Positions 9,557 through 19,532 of a stretch of DNA of 64,000 nucleotides are shown here, one piece after another. Positions within the stretch are counted from its first letter, which is position 1. The number at the start of each line of letters is the position of its first letter. The position numbers were made by a program, and so were the translations under genes. The notes under the pieces are model-generated. The model worked only from the letters and a program-made list of their open reading frames with translations. It did no database searches and was not told the origin of the DNA. This DNA comes from Eutreptiella sp. 'Long Island Sound 2002' (taxonomy: Eukaryota > Protista > Euglenida), in contig OZ038378.1 of assembly GCA_964036045.1 (NCBI GenBank), positions 12,586,001-12,650,000 on the forward strand, written 5' to 3'.

Positions 9557-12500
9557 CGGGGACGCTCTGGTGGCACCCAAGACCTGGTGTTTTGGGTACG
9601 TATCCGACTAGGGGGACGTGAATACCTGGGGGTACTGGATACTGGAGCCACAATATCGATAGTGGCCAAGAAAACTTTACCTTGTGGGAGCCTGAAGAAC
9701 ACCATGACCACCGCCGCTATACGGATGGGGGATGGACATGTGGTGCACAGCTGCGGGGACTGCAAAGTGGAGGTACCTATGGGCTCCAGGACTATCGCCC
9801 ATCGGTTCTATGTGATGGACACTGATGCCTTCGACTTTGTACTGGGTACTGACTTCTTCGTGCAGCACTCCCAGATACAATCCCTGACGCTGCAAGCGCC
9901 CTACCTCCTGTACGTGGACCACGGCAGTGGCAGAGAGTCTGTGCCACTGGAGCAGTCGGAACATACCTCGAGTTACCTGAGACTATCGAAGGAGGAGCCC
10001 TCGAACATGATGGCGGCCTCCAAAACTGAGGACTATCAACTATTGGGGGAAGTCCTAGACCAAGGTCTGAAGGAGTTGGGTTACTCTCGAGAAGACCTAA
10101 GTGTGGAACTGTTCGCCAGCGACAAGCAGCATGTACTGGACCTATACTGCAGCAAGGGGAAGAACTGCAGCTACAAATTTTACTGGCCCTCTTTCGGGAT
10201 GGCCTACGGGAACCCCAGATTCAGTGAACTGGGGAAGGTGCTGACCAAGGTGGCCTTGGAACGTTCCCGTATGGTCCTGTGTTCCCCCGATTGGGGAGCC
10301 CATGGGGGCAACGAGTACTGGCGAACCCTCCTTGACAAGCTGACTATCAGCTCTGTGCGGTTACCTGATGAGGCCATCTACGTGCCTCTGGGACGCAAGA
10401 CGCCCATTGGGAAGCCCGGATGGGGGAGTATGCTCAGCGTGGTGGACGGAAGTCTTACCACCATCCCCTGGGAAGACCTGGACCCTACTCTGGTCCAGGC
10501 TATACAACGAGAAAGCGATGGACTCGCCTTGGGTGACTTGAAGGATCGCCTACGACCTCAAGATGCTGTTGAAACTACACCCGGAGGAGATGAGTACGTC
10601 GTGACTGACACCAACGCCCCCAACTCTCCCTGTCATGTACCTGTCCCTGATGGAGTCTCTGAGTGTGGACTATCTGAGCTACCTAGCTCTATCCACTCAG
10701 ACGACGAAACTGAGCACGACGCCTTCTTCGTGCAGACTGCGGTGGAAGAAGTGGAGAACGCCGAGTACGTTGCCCCACTAACACCCCTACTCTCCATGAG
10801 GGTGGAAGACCCCGTGGATGAAGAGCTGGACCCTCGATCCAGGCTCAGGGAGTATGTGGATTCCAAGAGGAAGTTGGTGGCGAAAAAGCTATGCTACGCG
10901 AAGCCTACCCGCAGCTCATGGCCACTGAAGCAAGGACGGATGGGAGACCTATCCCAACTGAAGGAGGACCTCGAACAGAAGATCACCACCTGGCAAAGGG
11001 AGGTAGATCTCAAGCTCATGAAGAGCGTATGGGGTGCCCATGTGAGAACCCCAGAGGAGGACGACCTCTCGGAGGAATGTGTATGTGAACCCCCTAAAGC
11101 GTGCCTATGTTGCCATCGTCCACCGGAGATGGTTGAGCAAGACCTTCTGTATGCCTACCAAGGGCTGAAGGATGCTACCGCGGGCGAAGAGTCGGTGGAG
11201 GACCACCTCCCGACGTCTATTCAAGGGGCAAGCAACTTACACTCCGACGAGGACATGGAGGACAAGATCAAGGTACTGGACCCGCGGGTACAAAAGCTGA
11301 TAAGGACCTATCTGGAGGTGTTCGGAGAACTACCCCCTCCAGCCTCATGCGACAAGCTGGTACAGATGGACCTCAAGCTGAAACCCGAGTTCGTGGGTCA
11401 CAAGATCCGGAGGAGACCCTATGCAGCTCCTAAAGAGCAGGCCGACGAGATTGAGCGACAGATACAAGACTGTATCGACGCTGGCCTAGTCCTGGAGTAC
11501 AAGGATGGGGACTACCCCCTACACTGCAGCCCCTGTTTCCTGGTGGCTAAACCTGGGTCTACAGCCAAACGGCTGGTAGTGGACTATGGAGAGCTGAACA
11601 AGAAGACGCTGAACCACTCAGGGTCCATTCCCAATATGGAGTCTACCCTGGAGAAGATAGCCTCCTGTCGCTACAAGACCAAGATGGACAAGCGAAGTGG
11701 ATTCTGGCAAGTGGACCTGACGCCCAACGCGCAGGAACTACTGGCCTTCATCACCCCTCAGGGGATGGTATTCAAGTGGAAGGTCATGCCATTCGGCGTG
11801 GCTAACGCCCCCGCTCTGTTCCAAGAGCTGATGAACAAGATCTTGTCCATCCTACGAAGGAGACCTAAGGTGCAGGAGCTCATTTCCCGTGGGGCCCAGA
11901 TGGAGGCTCACATCGACGATGTATGCCTCGGGACCAATACCCAGGAGGATCACCTAATCCTCTTGGGTGAGTTCTTTGCGGTCTGCCAGGAGGACCACAC
12001 ACGACTCAAGCTGGAGAAGTGTGAGTTCATGCAGGAGACCATGCAGTACCTGGGGTTTGACGTTGGCTATGGGTGGTGGACCCCAGCGGCCTCTAAGGCC
12101 AAACCCCTGATGGATGCCAAGGTACGACACGAAGACCCCAAGAAAGGACTTCATGATGTACGCAGTTTCATTGGGGCGTGCAACTTCTATCGCCGCCACA
12201 TCAAAAACGTCACCTACACCAGCGCGGTACTGACTGACTTGATCAAGAAGAGTACTACTTGGCGCTGGGGCCCACAAGAGCAACAAGCGTTTGACGAGCT
12301 CAAAGACAAGGTAGCCAACGCTAAGTGCTTGGGCGTGCCTAGGGCACAAGGGGAGATTATCCTGGTGACCGACGCCAGCAATGTGGGCGGTGGTGGAACG
12401 TTGTTCCAATGGCAAGCACTAGAGAAGGAGGAGTTCGACTCGGCCATTTCCCAATGGGGGACGGAAGGTCTCAACCGAGATGGAACCCTCAAGCACAGCT

Positions 12501-14485
12501 ACCCTGACGACAAGTGGGTCCTAGTACCTCTGGGCCACTGGAACTGGAAGTGGAACCAGGCCAGGGGGAACTACTCCACCTATGAGCAGGAACTGCTCGC
12601 GGGTATGCTGGTGCTATCCTCACAAGCACGACTGTTGGGGAGTAACCCTGTGGTCTGGCTATGCGACCAAGAACCGGTCCGCAGTTTCCAGAAGGGCCCC
12701 CCACCTGAGAAGGCCAAGCTACGTCGCTGGTGGACCTACCTCAGTCAACTACGGCTGACGGTACACCATATCCAGGGAGTGAAGAACGAGTGTGCCGACT
12801 ACATCAGCCGCAACAACTTCGACGCCCTGATTGGTGCCCGGTCTGAAGCGCTGGCTAAGGAAGCGTTCAGCCGTATGGACGTACACCTGGACCTGAACAT
12901 GACCATGATACGCCCCCTGGATGGACCTCAACAATCGGAGTACCTACAGGAGTTTGGGGATATCTACCGGCGCCTGGAGAAACGCCTTGAACCCCTCCTG
13001 GTCAACCAAGACCAGTGGAAGCGGGACAAGAGCTACCTCTGGCACGAGGACCGCATCGTGGTGCCTAGTGACCGAGTCCCAGCGCTGCTGAAGTGGACCC
13101 ATGAGTCCAGTGGTCATGTGGGTGCTGACCGTACCCTGAGGCTGTTCAAGCAGTGGTTCCACACTACGTGGACTGACGACCAGCTGCGGAAGACGCTCCT
13201 GCCTATCGTGGACAAGTGCCCGTGCAGGTCCTGTAGACCAGGGGATATCAGGGACAGAGGTCTCTACTCGACCCTGCCCATCCCTCACTGTGCTAACAGT
13301 GTTCTATACGTGGACTACACGGAGATGCCGAAGTTCGGGGGCTATGACTTCGCCCTCGTGGTAACCTGTGGGTTGACCAGGTTTACCAGGGTGTTTCCAT
13401 GTACCAAGCACATTACCGGAGAGGAGACTATCAAGATACTCCTGGAGGAGTGGTTTTGTGTCTATGGGGCGCTCAAGGAGATCAACTCCGATGAGGACGT
13501 ACGAGTACGCTCAGATACTGGCTGGTACAAGAGGGTCCTGAGGTCCCTCAATGTCCAGGTATCTACGGGGATTCCCTACTCTCACACGAGCAACCCCCTA
13601 TGTGAGCGACAGATTCGTGTCCTGAAGGAGAACGTCAGGATATGGTGCAAAACTGAACGCACCAGAGACTGGGTGAGACTACTCCCCGTCATATCCTTGA
13701 TGATGAACTCCCAAGAGAGTTCAGCTACTGGCTACTCGCCACATGAGCTATTCATGGGGCGCCCGGCATGGTTCCTACATGCCCCCTTTCCAGAGGACAC
13801 CCATTCTTCTGTGGGTGAATGGGTCCAAGAGCAACAAGCGAAGGTGGACAAGGCCAAGGCTATGCTCCAGAGAGTGAGGGAGCGTCAGTGGAACAAGAAG
13901 AACAAGCACCGTGTACCGGCCACCTACCAAGAAGGGGACTGGGTGCTGGTGCACCACAGTCGACTACCCGCCTGGCCACGCTCTACCAGCGATGACCCAT
14001 ACTTCGGGCCGTACAAGATCCTATCTGTGGATGGACACCGTATCACCGTGCGGTGTTCTCCCCGTCTAGGGGGGACCCTGGTGTGCGCCGCTCAACACCT
14101 GAAGCGCTACCATGATCCTGAAGACCTCTATGGGGAGGAGTGGGAGCTGAACGACGAGGAAATCGCCGCTCTGGACCTACAAGGGGCTGCCAGCCCTATG
14201 GAAGTTGAAGGTGAACTCCCCGACATGAACGCCGAGGAGATGGCTAAGGAGGGCTTCTACCTGGTGAAGTCTGTCCTACGCCACCGCTATCGCCAGGGTT
14301 TGCGCTTCCTCACCCTCTGGGAAGGGTTTGGAGTCGAAGAGGCCACCTGGGAGCCCTTCTCTGCATTTGTTCTACCTGAGGGACGCCTAAACTCAGTTCT
14401 GGTTGACTACTTGTCCCAGAACAACCTTGGTGAGTTGTTGAGGCTCGCCGAGACGCTTGCCTCCAAGAATAAAGCTAGGGACTGA
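9557..14485 (+). CDS. pol: Pol: protease, Dam-like methyltransferase domain, RT, RNase H, integrase, chromodomain
   Basis: LDTGA; ELFAS and YGNPRF; VDYGELN, PFGVANAP, HIDD; TDAS; HHCC-like region and DDE core; GPY; LWEGF..ATWEP. Confidence 0.95.
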   Translation, partial: RGRSGGTQDLVFWVRIRLGGREYLGVLDTGATISIVAKKTLPCGSLKNTMTTAAIRMGDGHVVHSCGDCKVEVPMGSRTIAHRFYVMDTDAFDFVLGTDFFVQHSQIQSLTLQAPYLLYVDHGSGRESVPLEQSEHTSSYLRLSKEEPSNMMAASKTEDYQLLGEVLDQGLKELGYSREDLSVELFASDKQHVLDLYCSKGKNCSYKFYWPSFGMAYGNPRFSELGKVLTKVALERSRMVLCSPDWGAHGGNEYWRTLLDKLTISSVRLPDEAIYVPLGRKTPIGKPGWGSMLSVVDGSLTTIPWEDLDPTLVQAIQRESDGLALGDLKDRLRPQDAVETTPGGDEYVVTDTNAPNSPCHVPVPDGVSECGLSELPSSIHSDDETEHDAFFVQTAVEEVENAEYVAPLTPLLSMRVEDPVDEELDPRSRLREYVDSKRKLVAKKLCYAKPTRSSWPLKQGRMGDLSQLKEDLEQKITTWQREVDLKLMKSVWGAHVRTPEEDDLSEECVCEPPKACLCCHRPPEMVEQDLLYAYQGLKDATAGEESVEDHLPTSIQGASNLHSDEDMEDKIKVLDPRVQKLIRTYLEVFGELPPPASCDKLVQMDLKLKPEFVGHKIRRRPYAAPKEQADEIERQIQDCIDAGLVLEYKDGDYPLHCSPCFLVAKPGSTAKRLVVDYGELNKKTLNHSGSIPNMESTLEKIASCRYKTKMDKRSGFWQVDLTPNAQELLAFITPQGMVFKWKVMPFGVANAPALFQELMNKILSILRRRPKVQELISRGAQMEAHIDDVCLGTNTQEDHLILLGEFFAVCQEDHTRLKLEKCEFMQETMQYLGFDVGYGWWTPAASKAKPLMDAKVRHEDPKKGLHDVRSFIGACNFYRRHIKNVTYTSAVLTDLIKKSTTWRWGPQEQQAFDELKDKVANAKCLGVPRAQGEIILVTDASNVGGGGTLFQWQALEKEEFDSAISQWGTEGLNRDGTLKHSYPDDKWVLVPLGHWNWKWNQARGNYSTYEQELLAGMLVLSSQARLLGSNPVVWLCDQEPVRSFQKGPPPEKAKLRRWWTYLSQLRLTVHHIQGVKNECADYISRNNFDALIGARSEALAKEAFSRMDVHLDLNMTMIRPLDGPQQSEYLQEFGDIYRRLEKRLEPLLVNQDQWKRDKSYLWHEDRIVVPSDRVPALLKWTHESSGHVGADRTLRLFKQWFHTTWTDDQLRKTLLPIVDKCPCRSCRPGDIRDRGLYSTLPIPHCANSVLYVDYTEMPKFGGYDFALVVTCGLTRFTRVFPCTKHITGEETIKILLEEWFCVYGALKEINSDEDVRVRSDTGWYKRVLRSLNVQVSTGIPYSHTSNPLCERQIRVLKENVRIWCKTERTRDWVRLLPVISLMMNSQESSATGYSPHELFMGRPAWFLHAPFPEDTHSSVGEWVQEQQAKVDKAKAMLQRVRERQWNKKNKHRVPATYQEGDWVLVHHSRLPAWPRSTSDDPYFGPYKILSVDGHRITVRCSPRLGGTLVCAAQHLKRYHDPEDLYGEEWELNDEEIAALDLQGAASPMEVEGELPDMNAEEMAKEGFYLVKSVLRHRYRQGLRFLTLWEGFGVEEATWEPFSAFVLPEGRLNSVLVDYLSQNNLGELLRLAETLASKNKARD

Positions 14486-16749
14486 ACCTTACCCTTACCT
14501 GCCAAAGCGTATGTGTGAGTGTGCTAGTCCTAAGGTCCTGAGAGCAAGCCGCAGAAGTGGTGTCCTAATTATACCCAAGTCTGCGCCCTTGCTGAACCTG
14601 GAGGGTTGGCTTATTGATGCCACGGGGTACGCCCCGGGTCTCCCCTCCCCTATGCGCCCAATTTCTGTGCTGGCGCAAAACCTTGGGGGAATACCCAGAG
14701 TGTTAATCCAGGTATTGTTTTCCCTACCTACCTGTCTACTACAGGGAGGGGTGGCCAAAAGCTATGAAGGCATGCAAAACGCCTGTTTGCTATGTGGCCA
14801 AAAACACTAACCTAACCCACTGTCACAGCCCACCAACCCAGCTAAAATTGCAGGAAAAGGGTGGGACAGTGACACGCCCCCTACAGGTCCTACACACCCT
14901 ACAGTGGCACCATCCTGGTGGGCGAGCACTGGGCAACTGGCTCTAGCCCCCACTCAGGACTACCACTCCTACACGCACACTCTACTTGGCGTTGCGAAGA
15001 GGAAGGTCTCGAGGTTCCTAGCGACCCACCTGTGAAATGACAAGAGAACACAGCGCTGCTAAGCAACTGTGGCCTCACAGGGGACGCCACAACGCGTTTC
15101 CCCTGCAAGGGCTTGGAGGGAGGGAGTGCTCTCGTGTGCAAAGCGCAGATGTCGATGAAGTCGGACTCCCTGCTCTGCCACAGGCGGAGCGGAGTTACTT
15201 GTTTGTGGGATCTACGCCCCTGTTTAGCAGGGCATAAAAAAAATGCTGCTGCACCACTCACCCTACCTGCCCACCTGTAAAACAAAGGCAAATGAAAGGG
15301 CGTTTGCGGCGGAGGAACCAAGGCACACTCCAGGTATTATACCCTTCTCAGTGTGCCCTATAATACGCTGTCCGCAAACACGCTGCATGGAGCAGCTACC
15401 CTTGTCAAGCAAGCAAGCGTTAAGGGACTCCTCAGGTTCTCTTAAAGAACGTACCGAGGAGCCCCTGGGTAGCCTAAACAAGGTTTACCGTGCGCACTTC
15501 GCGTGGCCTACCCTTTAATGCGTGTGTGCATGCACGAGTATGCGACAAGTTCGTGGGCAAACCTGCCCATCTACGCGTAAATCTTGACTCCACCAGGGGC
15601 TGGCCCCGCCTGGGCGTACCTACCTTACCTACCGCTGGGAAGTGAAGCAAGGTGAGAGAACAAAAGGGGCGCACGCGAAGAACGTTGCTATGCACTTGTG
15701 TGTATGACTAATCACCCTGATCTGACCGCTAAACATCTGCAATCTTTCTAATCAATCCCTCTACCGCGTCCTATCGTGGTTATCGTTGTTAACGCTGCTA
15801 CACGACTCGTTCACGGAGACACGAGACGAGCAATGTGTATGCGGCATGCAAGACGAGCATACCTGTAGTTTATACCTGATTCATTGAAGTCTTTTCAATT
15901 GATTTTCGAATTCTTGAATTTTTGAAGCTTCTATTAGTGTGGGTGGAATCTGTATGTTTGTTTATTAATGTGTGTCTCGTCATTTTCAAGACTACGTGAT
16001 ACATACGTTTATAATTCCATTATTTTTCCATTTTCCGGCGCTTCGCTAGGAGCCGCTCCTGCGCGCCGCCATTTTGTACGTATGAATTTCTGGATTTAAA
16101 TAATCCAGAGATGACTATAATTTCTATAAAAATGTGCTGAAGATGCACAATTGGATTCTGCTCAGGTGTGTCGTTTCAGAAAAATTCTACGCCGTCATTT
16201 GACGGATTTTGGTGTCGTCGCTTCGTTTTTGCGTGGATTCGTCCAAATTCCTCCCCTTCCTGCCTCTGCAGATACCCACGCGCAGCCTCGCTGAGTAGGC
16301 CGTGTTCGGGCCGAAACGCAGGTGCCTGGAGAGACTGAGCAGAACCAAGACCCCACCAAGGGGGATTTTATTTTCTTTCGACTCCCTTCGCCCTAAGACA
16401 GGTCACAGGTCGCCAGCAGGTTTACGAGAACCCATGCGAGTGTGTATAATGTGTCTTGCGTTTGGGTTGTGTCGACGCTGCGTCTTGGAGGGAGGGATGC
16501 ATATGCACATGTTTGGCATGCTCCCAATCTAACCCAACCAAGCCACAGGAGCCCCGGCAGCGCCAAGAGCGCTGAGTCTTCTGTAGGAAACTGTACAATC
16601 AGAGCAGCAAAAGGACGCCAGCCATGGTGAGCGCCCATTTTTCAGTGTGAGGGAGACTGTAGGTATTTTAAAGTAGATGTGGAAACCAAGGAAAGGCCAA
16701 GAAAAATTCCCTTTTTCCTAAAATGCGACAGTGGTGGCCACCACAGCAC

Positions 16750-16757
16750 AAGGGGGG
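16750..16757 (+). promoter_or_regulatory. polypurine tract
   Basis: AAGGGGGG abutting the 3' LTR. Confidence 0.8.
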
Positions 16758-17555
16758 AGTAAGAAAAAGTGCTTTTCCATTGCTTTAGGACATACTCTAG
16801 TTGTATTAGAGATGCACTGAGCAACCATGCATTTTTATCTTAGTATTGGTCCAGCCAAAAGTGGTGAGAACACATTTTGACCTATGGAACCAAACACTCA
16901 ATCAGGATATGGAGTGGACCCCTTAATCCCCTTTCAATCAGAAGTAAAACATCTTTTCCTGAGTTGACTGAGCACTGACATACCTAAGGTAGAGCCTATG
17001 AATTTATCTATGTTTTTCCATGAATACTTATCTGCCCTAGTGGTATGCACCCTAGGGGGTTAGGCACCTCTTTTTGAGAGGTCCTGGGTTCAATTCCTGG
17101 TCAGCCTAACTAAGTAGGAAGATCCCATGTGACATGGCAGTGACCTCATCGCCACATACCATGCCACCTCAGCACATATGGGACCCAAAACAAAGAGTGC
17201 ACATCTCCTAAGATGGCACTATGGAGAGAGAGTGATCCTGAGGCAGTTTTCTAACTCTTTTCCCAAAACATTTCAGCTATCTCTGTGAATATGCATTCAT
17301 TTGTATCCTGAGTTGCAGTTTCTGTGAATATCTAATCATCTTTCACTGTTTACACTGCAGCCCTTCATGCTTTGATCCTGAATTACCTTCTCCTTGCATA
17401 CTATTGGCTTGGGCTATCCTGGATTGAGTTGGCTTTACTGTATTTCAACAAACAAAAGCTTTTCATCATCCAAAACCAGCAGCAGGACACCCTACAGCAA
17501 CAACAAGCAGCAGGAGAAGCAAAAACACAGTGCTGAAAACTCTATAAACTTTTCT
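16758..17555 (+). repeat. 3' LTR (798 bp)
   Basis: Direct repeat of 6159-6956. Confidence 0.95.
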
Positions 17556-17909
17556 CTGTCCTCACTACTACTGCTGGAGTGGGATGTTTGTTGTTTTCTT
17601 TTACGCAGTATTTTGTGCCTTGCTTTGGATGATGGTGTTCCCTCGTCATCAGCAGCATTATCAGAGTTCGACGCACCATTTGATGATGTGTGCGGGATTG
17701 ATGTATCTTGTCGGATTTCTTGTGCTCTGAGTGTTGTAGTATGTTCAGTTTGTTCGCAGATAATATCGTTGAAATCCTGTTGTGAAACTGGTTTTTCATT
17801 TTCACCCTCAGTGATGTCGGGAGACATCTTCACCAGAGCAATCTTCGATCGCATTTCACTGTTATCGGACGCGAGAAGATGTGGGTGTATAACATCTTTG
17901 TTCTCGATC
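17556..17909 (-). pseudogene. middle segment of the DUF5767-like gene
   Basis: IENKDVIHPHLL...SSSSSED; in frame with 26190-26059 and with 6158-5622. Confidence 0.65.
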
Positions 17910-18010
17910 GTATCTGGTATGGATCAGGGACGCACTTGGCGCCACACGTACACGCCTGTGCTATGAAATGTCGCTAGGTGTTTCTTCTAGTATACTTAAA
18001 CAACAATACA

Positions 18011-18886
18011 ATGAATTTCCTAACCTGGCCATTTCAAAATGGGAAGGGAGGGAAGCAGGAGACGCGCGTGATTCACATCACCAGCCATTATGATCTTAGT
18101 CCATCAAAAAAACAGGCATCAGAGACAATCGAAGACAATAAGTGGTTGGAAGAAAATTGTGGTAAATATTACAATGTTGACATCGACGGGGATGCAGTTA
18201 AAAATTCAAACATAGTCATGCGGCTCCTTGCACTCTTGGAACCGAACCAAACGGATGATCACGTGCGTCGTGTCAGGTTTCGGATACATAAAGAATCACA
18301 AATCTACAACATCCTTAAATTAATCAATGAGGCCATCAACCGTGTACATCAAACATACAGGGGGCCGACGGTCTTGGTGACGCATGGCGAGAGGCTGGGC
18401 AACCTCCTAGTGATATACCCCACTGCGGATCGTGATCGACTGCGGTTTCAGGTTATAAACCTGTTCATGCGTAAAATGCTAGAATTGTATTTGACAAGTG
18501 CAAATCAAGCTTGGGGGTCAACCTTGGGGGTATGTCGTCAGTCTGATCATGTCGCCACTTATCTTGCCGGAAAGGACCATATCGTCAAGTTTGTACCTGC
18601 TTCACGTACCACACCCGCACAGCTCGAGGCTGATGGTACCAAAATAGCATGGGCAGAGTATAATTGGCTTGGTACTGCCAATGGTATTGCCACAAATGAC
18701 GAGTACCTTATGGAAACCACCTGTATAAACCTGTATAAGAAGAGCGATGAATGTCACAATGATCTAATCCAGTTCAAAGATTACATTGCTTCTCGGTTCG
18801 ACTGTCCTGAACTGGTGAGTGACACCATCTTTGATGATGTACTTGATCGTGGTACGATAGAAACAAATCTCCAGGACGGAATCTAA
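18011..18886 (+). CDS. cargo hypothetical protein
   Basis: Long ORF (track start 17978, first ATG 18011); no motif recognised. Confidence 0.6.
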   Translation: MNFLTWPFQNGKGGKQETRVIHITSHYDLSPSKKQASETIEDNKWLEENCGKYYNVDIDGDAVKNSNIVMRLLALLEPNQTDDHVRRVRFRIHKESQIYNILKLINEAINRVHQTYRGPTVLVTHGERLGNLLVIYPTADRDRLRFQVINLFMRKMLELYLTSANQAWGSTLGVCRQSDHVATYLAGKDHIVKFVPASRTTPAQLEADGTKIAWAEYNWLGTANGIATNDEYLMETTCINLYKKSDECHNDLIQFKDYIASRFDCPELVSDTIFDDVLDRGTIETNLQDGI

Positions 18887-18959
18887 TACCAGCGTCCATA
18901 AAGGTCATGCGGCTGGGGTCCATCATAGCATGTGTTGTCCTTTCCTTTCCCCGCATACC

Positions 18960-19486
18960 CTATGCATCGGCTTCTTTCGTTCTTGGACGCAAAAAGGTTG
19001 TACCGGATCCTTCGAGTGTGCGGGTATAATCAATTGTCATGTCACAATCCTGGATTCTATCTGAGTCGTATATAAGAGTTCTGAATGATTCATCGATGCA
19101 GATTCCTGCTACAGTAATTGAAACCGGAAATTGTCTGCGCTTCAGATAATCAGGGTCTGGAGGTATAAAGAACACATTACCGATGCCATCAATGACCTGG
19201 TTTTTGAAATCTGTCAACACCCATTGATCTGTGATTTTGAATCTTATATGCACCGTAGAGTCATCATCTATGGCAAACCAAAATCCCTGGTATCCTGGCA
19301 CACCTGTGCGCCAGAGACGTGTAGTATATGCATTTTTTGTCGTTGTGTTACACATTCCACATCGAACTCCTGTACTTTTGGTTGCATTCGTTCAGCAGCC
19401 TCGATGACCTTGGCTGCGTAGGTGAGAAACTGAGTTGTACTGCTACCAGCAGTCAATTTCAATATGATCTCAGTGGTTATGGACAT
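18960..19486 (-). pseudogene. cargo hypothetical protein, probably frameshifted near 19330
   Basis: Overlapping same-strand ORFs 19268-19486 and 18960-19355 with an A-run at the overlap. Confidence 0.4.
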
Positions 19487-19532
19487 TTTCTGGCAGCCTT
19501 AATAACCGAATGAGCATATACATCGGACAAAC

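Larger units (their letters stand above)
6159..17555 (+). mobile_element. Ty3/Gypsy LTR retrotransposon (chromovirus), 11,397 bp, TSD CTGTC (6154-6158, 17556-17560)
   Basis: Two 798-bp LTRs, PBS, PPT, gag and PR-RT-RH-IN-chromodomain pol. Confidence 0.97.

Noticed and set aside
7151-13957. Antisense and alternate-frame ORFs within gag/pol
   Set aside because: Expected shadows of GC-rich coding sequence; no motifs.
14486-16757. env-like third ORF
   Set aside because: Only short overlapping ORFs (140 aa or less) without signal peptide or TM pattern.
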